A stretch of DNA of 63,996 bases, filler included, from Thraustochytrium aureum (lineage: Eukaryota): assembly GCA_012862495.1 (NCBI GenBank). It is 4 parts of 3 records of this genome, joined end to end, with 100 filler letters (N's around TTAATTAATTAA, not from the genome) between each part and the next. Parts side by side here need not be neighbours in the genome. Positions count along the whole stretch, not along the records: positions 47,100 to 62,662 come from BLSG01000077.1; positions 62,763 to 63,996 come from BLSG01000080.1; 2 more parts are not named here. The stretch is one strand, 5' to 3'. The notes below the pieces were generated by a model, which made no database searches, was not told the origin of the DNA, and was given only the letters and a program-made list of their open reading frames with translations. Both the position numbers and the translations under genes were made by a program. Positions 57,561 through 63,996 of the stretch are shown in pieces. Position 1 is the stretch's first letter; each line of letters opens with the position of its first letter.

Positions 57561-60442
57561 CTAAAACGCTTCGGCGCCGGGAAGGCCACGGATGGCTGCG
57601 CGAAGGTCCTCAGCGAGTCGAGCGAGCTCCTTGTCTGCGACATCGAACAGCACACATGGGCTGCCAATCCGCGCCGAGCACCTCACCTCGGTACCGTTGG
57701 TCGCTGCAGAGAGGCGCTGCTGCGTGAAGACGTGCTCATAGGCGATTCCTGGTGGAAGCACGCACATTGTGGCGTTGCGGCCCGGCTGCAGCACAGGACA
57801 AACAAGAATGCTCGGCCCCCCAACCAGGAACTGCGTTTTCAGGCTTGTGTAGCCCGGTCCGAGCGGAAAGTGCATCCACATGCTGCGCATCAGCGGCATG
57901 CCGGGCTCGTCTCGAGCGACCCGACTCCGCACCCTCCACATGAGCGAGTGCGCAGTGGCGAGCCGCGCAAAGTGCGGCAGGACTTCGTCGTCGCATACTT
58001 GTGCAGACTTGTCGGGCAAAAGGCCCTCGTGCGTCCGAAAAACGGCATCGGCGAACGCGCTATACTCTGCCCACCTCTGAAGCAGCTCTACGTTGCGAAC
58101 GTACTTGACCGGCCCGAGGTCAACCATAGTGTACCCGCCTACGTCAGAGTGCGTGTAGGCAAGCCCCGAAAGGCCCGCAGAGAGCTGGCCGATCAGCGCG
58201 CTGTGCAGGCCGTCCATCTCGTCCCACGACGTTAGTTGGTCGCCCATCCACTGTAGCGTTGTCAGCCCGGGCGAGCGAGCACCTGCCGACCGCGTGAAGA
58301 ACACGGCGTGCTCGCGCGAGTAGGCGTCACCCTCGATCGCAAGTCTGTTCGTCTCGGCCCACAGCTCCGGGAACGCATTGTGCGCGTCCGGGTCGAGGCC
58401 CTCGAAAGGCAGCAGCTCGCCAAAGTCTGCCATCCAGCCCATCACGCCGGCGCGCCGCTGCGAGTCCGAGGCAGGCCCGGACGCATTCTTGCCGCCGCCC
58501 GCTCCGAGAAGGTTTCGGCGAATCAAATCGACGTACCAGCTCTGGCATAGCGGGAGGAACAAGTTGATTGTCCAAAGCGAAAGTCCGGCGTCGCGCTCGA
58601 CTGCACGAGCAGGTCAGCGCCACGCCGCACGAGGCAGTCGCGCGCCTCGGCTTGCTTGAATATGGGCGAGTTCTCTGCCAGGTAGGGGTTGATGTAAGAC
58701 ATGACATTGAGGCCATGCTCCTGATACAGCATGTCCACCCAAGCGGCCCAGTCAGGGTAGCGTTCGCTGTCCACCTCCCAGTTCCAAAACAGGCGCGCGC
58801 CAAACTCGTCCGTGCGTTGGCCGGCCCAGTCCTGGAGCCACAGCGCCGCGACCGGCACCTTGGCTGCCAGCAGCCGCGCCAGCTTGGCCTCAACGACGGC
58901 CCTGCCGCCCTGCAGGCCGACGATGGCCCCGTTCCCCGTCCAGGCAGGGAGCGGGCGCATTCGCCCCGAGACCTGCTCGGTGTGCGTGCGGACGAGCTCG
59001 AGCGGATCGAGGCCGGCGACGAGCTTGCCGATTATGGCGGTGTCGTTGACCTCGACGGCTATGCGGTCAGGCCGCGAGAGGTCAAAAACCATAAAGCTCG
59101 TCCCGTTGACGAACAAACTGCGGAGACTTGAAGTGACCAGGTGCGCGATGGCCGTGTAAGTGAACTGCGTTCCGGCCCCGCTTGGCGTCCCAGCGCGCAC
59201 CCAGTCCAGCACAAAGCTCAGCGGCTCCACGCCGCGGCCGATCCCCTGCTCGCGCGTCAGAATAGGCACCACCGCGCCTTTCAAGTCCATGTACGAGAAC
59301 GACTCGCCAAGCCCAAAAAGCCGCTCGCGTGCGCTCGACTTGACGACCAAGTATGTTCTGTCGTTTGTGGTTGGGTCGACGCGCGCCTCGAACTCCGCCA
59401 CCGTGCACCCACTCTCGGCACGCTTGACCCTGATCGTAAAAGTAAACCAAGTGCGCCACGGCGGTTGCACGCGGCCCGCCGACCCGTTGCCTAGGTCTGA
59501 CGCCCTCGAGCCGCCGCGCAGCGTGTACGGGCCGTAGTAGAGGTACCCGGCGAAGGTGGCAGCCGCTTTGTCCTCCGAGATGTGGACGGACTCCACCACT
59601 TGCTCGGTAGAGAGTTGGCCCGGCACGTCACGCACGTCAAAGGTGCCGGCTTCGGCATCCTCGCGCACCCGCACGACTCTCTCGCTCGCCGCGCCCTCCG
59701 CGACAGAGGAGACGAGAAACGCGTGCGTGGGATGGATCGACTCGATCAGGGCTACCCCAGTCCTCGTGTCGCGCAAGCTGATCCCAGCGTCGGCGCCCCA
59801 CCTCAGCGTCGCGACCCCGCCGAGGGAGACTTGGCCGCCTCTTGAGTGGAACTCGAGAAACGCCTCGTGAAACTCGGGCAAGCTGCCGAACATCGATTCG
59901 TGCGGCTGCGTTGCGAAGCAGGCGAGGCCGAGGGCGAACATCGCTAGCGCCGCGGCGACTAGGTTGACCCCGGCCGACACGAGCGGGAAGCGCCGGCAAA
60001 GGTTGCGGCACAGTCCGCTACTGGCACAGGCGCTGAGCGGCTGGCTCTCGCGGTCCTTCTTGGGCCCGCCCAAGAGTGATTCGTAGCCGCGCCGCGCTGA
60101 CGACGAGCTGGCGCCTCCGAATGTGACTTGAACCAGGCCGAGGGCGGACAGCGCCGCGGCCGCGACTGCGATGAGGCCCGAGAACAGCCAGTTGGGCCCC
60201 TGCCAAACTCCGGATGCGTAGAATCGCGGGCCAGCCAAGCCGTCCGACCACGCCGCGACCACCACTACAACAACGCCGAGCACCGCGGTCAGCTGCACAA
60301 ACTGCTTGCGGGACTTTAGTTTGAGTTGCAGCGCCACCGCAGCCGCGCCGCTCAGCCCCACGTGCAAGCAGCTCGTCAGCAGCAAGGGTATCTCGTCACC
60401 CTGAACAGCCCTGGCGAGTCCGCAAAGGCTTCGTCGGGGTCA
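57561..60442 (-). CDS. GH31 glycosidase, sulfoquinovosidase (YihQ)-like, with N-terminal TM helices (5' in gap; frameshift near 58570)
   Basis: EQGIGRG, GLQGG, WLQDW, FGARLFWNW, YINPYL, GWMADFGE (nucleophile), WMGDQ (acid/base), HSDVGGY, FRTHEG. Confidence 0.88.
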
Positions 60443-61395
60443 NNNNNNNNNNNNNNNNNNNNNNNNNNNNNNNNNNNNNNNNNNNNNNNNNNNNNNNNNN
60501 NNNNNNNNNNNNNNNNNNNNNNNNNNNNNNNNNNNNNNNNNNNNNNNNNNNNNNNNNNNNNNNNNNNNNNNNNNNNNNNNNNNNNNNNNNNNNNNNNNNN
60601 NNNNNNNNNNNNNNNNNNNNNNNNNNNNNNNNNNNNNNNNNNNNNNNNNNNNNNNNNNNNNNNNNNNNNNNNNNNNNNNNNNNNNNNNNNNNNNNNNNNN
60701 NNNNNNNNNNNNNNNNNNNNNNNNNNNNNNNNNNNNNNNNNNNNNNNNNNNNNNNNNNNNNNNNNNNNNNNNNNNNNNNNNNNNNNNNNNNNNNNNNNNN
60801 NNNNNNNNNNNNNNNNNNNNNNNNNNNNNNNNNNNNNNNNNNNNNNNNNNNNNNNNNNNNNNNNNNNNNNNNNNNNNNNNNNNNNNNNNNNNNNNNNNNN
60901 NNNNNNNNNNNNNNNNNNNNNNNNNNNNNNNNNNNNNNNNNNNNNNNNNNNNNNNNNNNNNNNNNNNNNNNNNNNNNNNNNNNNNNNNNNNNNNNNNNNN
61001 NNNNNAGGCGGGCAGGTACCCAGAAGAGCGTACAGCAAGCAGCTGCCATGCCTCGACAGCCCCGGGCGCCCAGCCCGCCTGCCGCCCGGGGCTGCCAGCC
61101 AGCAACTCGCGAGTACATCCGAGCTTTCAGCCGTTGGCGCGCCATCCGTTGCCAGGATACTCCGAGGGGGCCACGAGCGCGGAGGATACAACGAGGCAAG
61201 CTCGAGTAGCGCAGCAGCGGACGGTGTTTCGTAGAAGCGGGACGCTGTCCTCCAACATCGGTGGCAGACACCCAACGCGCGCAGGAGACGCTTCCGCAGC
61301 TGGAGCAGGAGCCACGACGAAACGACAACGACAACGACAACGGCAACGACAGTGGCAGGTTGTGCTTGGGGCCCTGGAGGGGTGGCACGGTCGTG

Positions 61396-62286
61396 ATGCC
61401 GCTTCCACAAGGTCAGCTCCTCGCGAGCGAAGAGGTGCAACACAATGTAAGTTGAAGCGCTGGCGGCGAGAGCGAGCGAGCGAGCGAGCGCTGACGCGGC
61501 ACGACGGGCTTGCAGGTGAACACCAAGTTTGAGCAGGCGATGGAGGATCTGCGCCTCAAGGGCGAGATGCAGCGGGCAGAAAAGGCCCGCAAGGATGAAG
61601 AGGAGGCGAAAATGAAGATGAAAGAAGAGCTGGACAGGCCGCGCAAAGAGCGGCTCGCGTTCATGCGTGATATGGAGGGAACGTACAACACGGCCGAGCA
61701 GTTGGAGCGCGACGAGGAGGAGCGAGACATTATTCTCGAGAACGACGCCGACCTGGACGCACTTCGCGCTGCTCGGCTGGCGCAGCTGAAGAAGAAGAAG
61801 GAGGAGCACGAAGTCAACATGGCCAAAGGCCACGGGACCTACGTGGAGGTGTTTGAGGACCAGTTTCTCAAGGAGGTGGTCAAGTCCACCTTCACCGTGG
61901 TCCACTTTTTTTCGCCAGACTTTGAGACCTGCAAGGTGATGGACAAGCACATGGCTATCTTGGCCGCGCAGCACACCGAGACGCGTTTCTTCAAGCTCAA
62001 CTGCGAAAAGAGCCCGTTCTTTGTGGAGAAGCTCGCGATCCGCACGCTCCCTACCCTGGTGATCTTCAAGGAAGGCGTCGTGATGGACAAACAGCTCGGC
62101 TTCCAGGGCTTCTCCAACGGGCTCGAGTTCCCCACGCGCGACCTCGAGGAGCGCCTCGGCCTTGCGGGCGCCATCAAGATGGAGCGCGAGTTTTACGAGA
62201 CGGCCGACCAAAACGCAAAGCCCAAGCTCCACACCAACATCCTCAGCTCGCGCACGGAGGAGTTCGACGACCCCTTCGACGACTAA
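61396..62286 (+). CDS. TXNDC9: Phosducin-like thioredoxin-domain protein, TXNDC9/PhLP3-like (intron 61447-61515)
   Basis: LDALRAARLAQLK, GHGTYVEV, VVHFF, CKVMDKHM, KSPFFVEKLAIRTLPTL; in-frame GTAAGT..CTGAC..CAG intron. Confidence 0.9.
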
Positions 62287-62706
62287 GCACTTTCAGCACC
62301 TCCGCCACCACCCAACTCTCAGCCTTTATTTTCTTCCCAGCCCGCCGCAACGGCGCAGCCCAGCCTTCGCGGCCGGCCAGGCGCGCCTTCCGCGTTCAGC
62401 GGAGCGAGGTCGATGCCCCGTCCAACCTCGAGGCTCGAGCTGGCACCTCGCCGAGCGCCGCGCTCGCACGCACTCCTTGTCGCCAAATTGCCAGCCTTGA
62501 CGCGGCTGCGCGCCTGGCCTTGGACGGCGACGCTCGAGCATGATCGAGGCCAAGGAAGTGGCCTGCGCGGTACTCGAGTGCAAGGACGGTGGTCGAGTAC
62601 CACGCATGACGAAAAAGAGTCCTACCTCGATGCTCGCCAGGCCAGAACAGATTTTCGTTGTTNNNNNNNNNNNNNNNNNNNNNNNNNNNNNNNNNNNNNN
62701 NNNNNN

Positions 62707-62718
62707 TTAATTAATTAA
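62707..62718. other. Artificial scaffold linker TTAATTAATTAA
   Basis: Same spacer, flanked by N runs. Confidence 0.95.
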
Positions 62719-63996
62719 NNNNNNNNNNNNNNNNNNNNNNNNNNNNNNNNNNNNNNNNNNNNATGACCCTCCGTGCGGGCAGGGCTGGCTGTTGCTGCCG
62801 AGCACAGAACATGAGAGGCTGTGTGGCCCCAACCCATCAAACGAATTCACGAAATCACATGATTTATCACGAATCATCCTGGATCCTGCCACATCGCACG
62901 CCACGAGGAGCCGGCCGTTGAAGCCGGACTGCGGTCTGTGGGACGCGATTGTGGTGCGATGTGCGATGGTCCAACGGGCAGTCCACCTTCTGAGACGGAA
63001 GTTTGGCGCGGCTTCAAGAGTCGAAAAGCTGGTTTGTCTCCACGCAACTCGGCGTCAAGCAGGTACTCCTTTTTGCGTCAGCAGAATTGGTCAGATGTGG
63101 CCGAGTCCAGGCTGACTGATTTCTGCGCCCGACTCGAGCACCTTGCCTCGGAGTTGGATGCACTTGCATGCACGCGCTGCGGCCACGGCCGAGAAGGAAG
63201 TGCAATTTGGGCGCCAACTTGCACCCTCGCTTTCCTCCAGACTTGGACCCTCGCTTTTCTTCCGTCTGCCAGTCTCTCCCTTCCCATGGACTCGGATCTC
63301 CTTCCGCGTGATGACTGTCGACCCGGGGCAGCTCAAGCCCCGCGCTTGGATCGGCCGTCACGCTCGACAAGGAAGCCAGTTCGATGTGGCTTGCGCACTT
63401 GTTCTGGCAGAGTGCGGCGATGATCGCAGTTGTTGAATTGGTTGCTTTTTCCCTTCTTCTGTCTGAAGAATCTGAACACTGCCAGAGCGAACGAACGATG
63501 CAGGCTCGGACAGCGGCGCGGCTGTCATGACGATCACCATGGGCAGCGCGCGCGACCTGATGCGCCGCCGACTTGGTGTGGTGGAGCGTACCTCCTTCCT
63601 CGCTCTAGCTCTAGAGAGAGGTCTGCATACTTGCTAGAGGTACTCTGCTGCGTTGCCAATGATCGGATGGATGCTCACATGGATCTCGCTGGAGCTTGCT
63701 CGAGAGCGTCGGATTTGGCCTTTGGCTCGTCCTTTTTCAGCTCGAGGTGCCGGCCATTGCCCTCGCTGTCAACAGTCATTGCCAGCAGGACTCATCCAAG
63801 GTGGGTGTCTGCGTCGTGCAGCGCGCAGCGGGGTCCAGCACTCAGCCGCGTTGACCAGGTGGCTGACGCGGACAGATCGCCCGCTCTCGTGTGAATGACG
63901 GTGCCGTCGCTCGACCGAAGCTTTCTTTGCGCGGCCGTCGCGGCCAGAGAGGGCCACCAACCGGGTGTGGAGGATCGATCCTTCGGCGCAGGCAGG

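Noticed and set aside
14270..58575. About a dozen single-base frameshifts (near 14275, 17740, 20750, 27795, 30655, 35555, 35843, 41680, 43170, 44850, 56808, 58570) as programmed frameshifting or pseudogenes
   Set aside because: They hit essential conserved genes (cullin, syntaxin, TTC1), often at homopolymers, with no shared slippery motif and no other decay. Sequencing indel errors are the simplest explanation.
62763..63996. Short ORFs at the start of the last scaffold
   Set aside because: No recognisable domain or consistent coding frame.

Overview
GC-rich eukaryotic nuclear DNA from a gappy draft assembly. Gene content, compact intergenics and sparse short GT-AG introns suggest a stramenopile, possibly a thraustochytrid/labyrinthulomycete (inference only). 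Three artificial N-TTAATTAATTAA-N linkers (17181, 47044, 62707) show that the window is four concatenated scaffolds. About 27 protein-coding genes can be supported; many are cut by N-gaps or carry single-base frameshifts that look like sequencing errors. Housekeeping genes include two SET-domain proteins, an aldo-keto reductase, an AIFM2/FSP1-like oxidoreductase, EndoG, STE24, an ERD2-like receptor, cullin, TTC1, kinesin-12, a GGC1-like carrier, a Pumilio protein, a CDK, DNAJC25, STK16, syntaxin and TXNDC9. The most notable features are: (1) a STIM-like membrane protein with two tandem EF-hand-SAM-FN3 modules and a C-terminal FYVE-like finger; (2) an apparent DUF1244-MogA fusion; (3) a GH31 enzyme with sulfoquinovosidase signature motifs fused to several TM helices; (4) a divergent ALG8 paralog with altered catalytic motifs and a ~230-aa insertion; (5) GCR1_C-like and EsV-1-7-like proteins. 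No rRNA, tRNA, CRISPR or intact mobile element was recognised.
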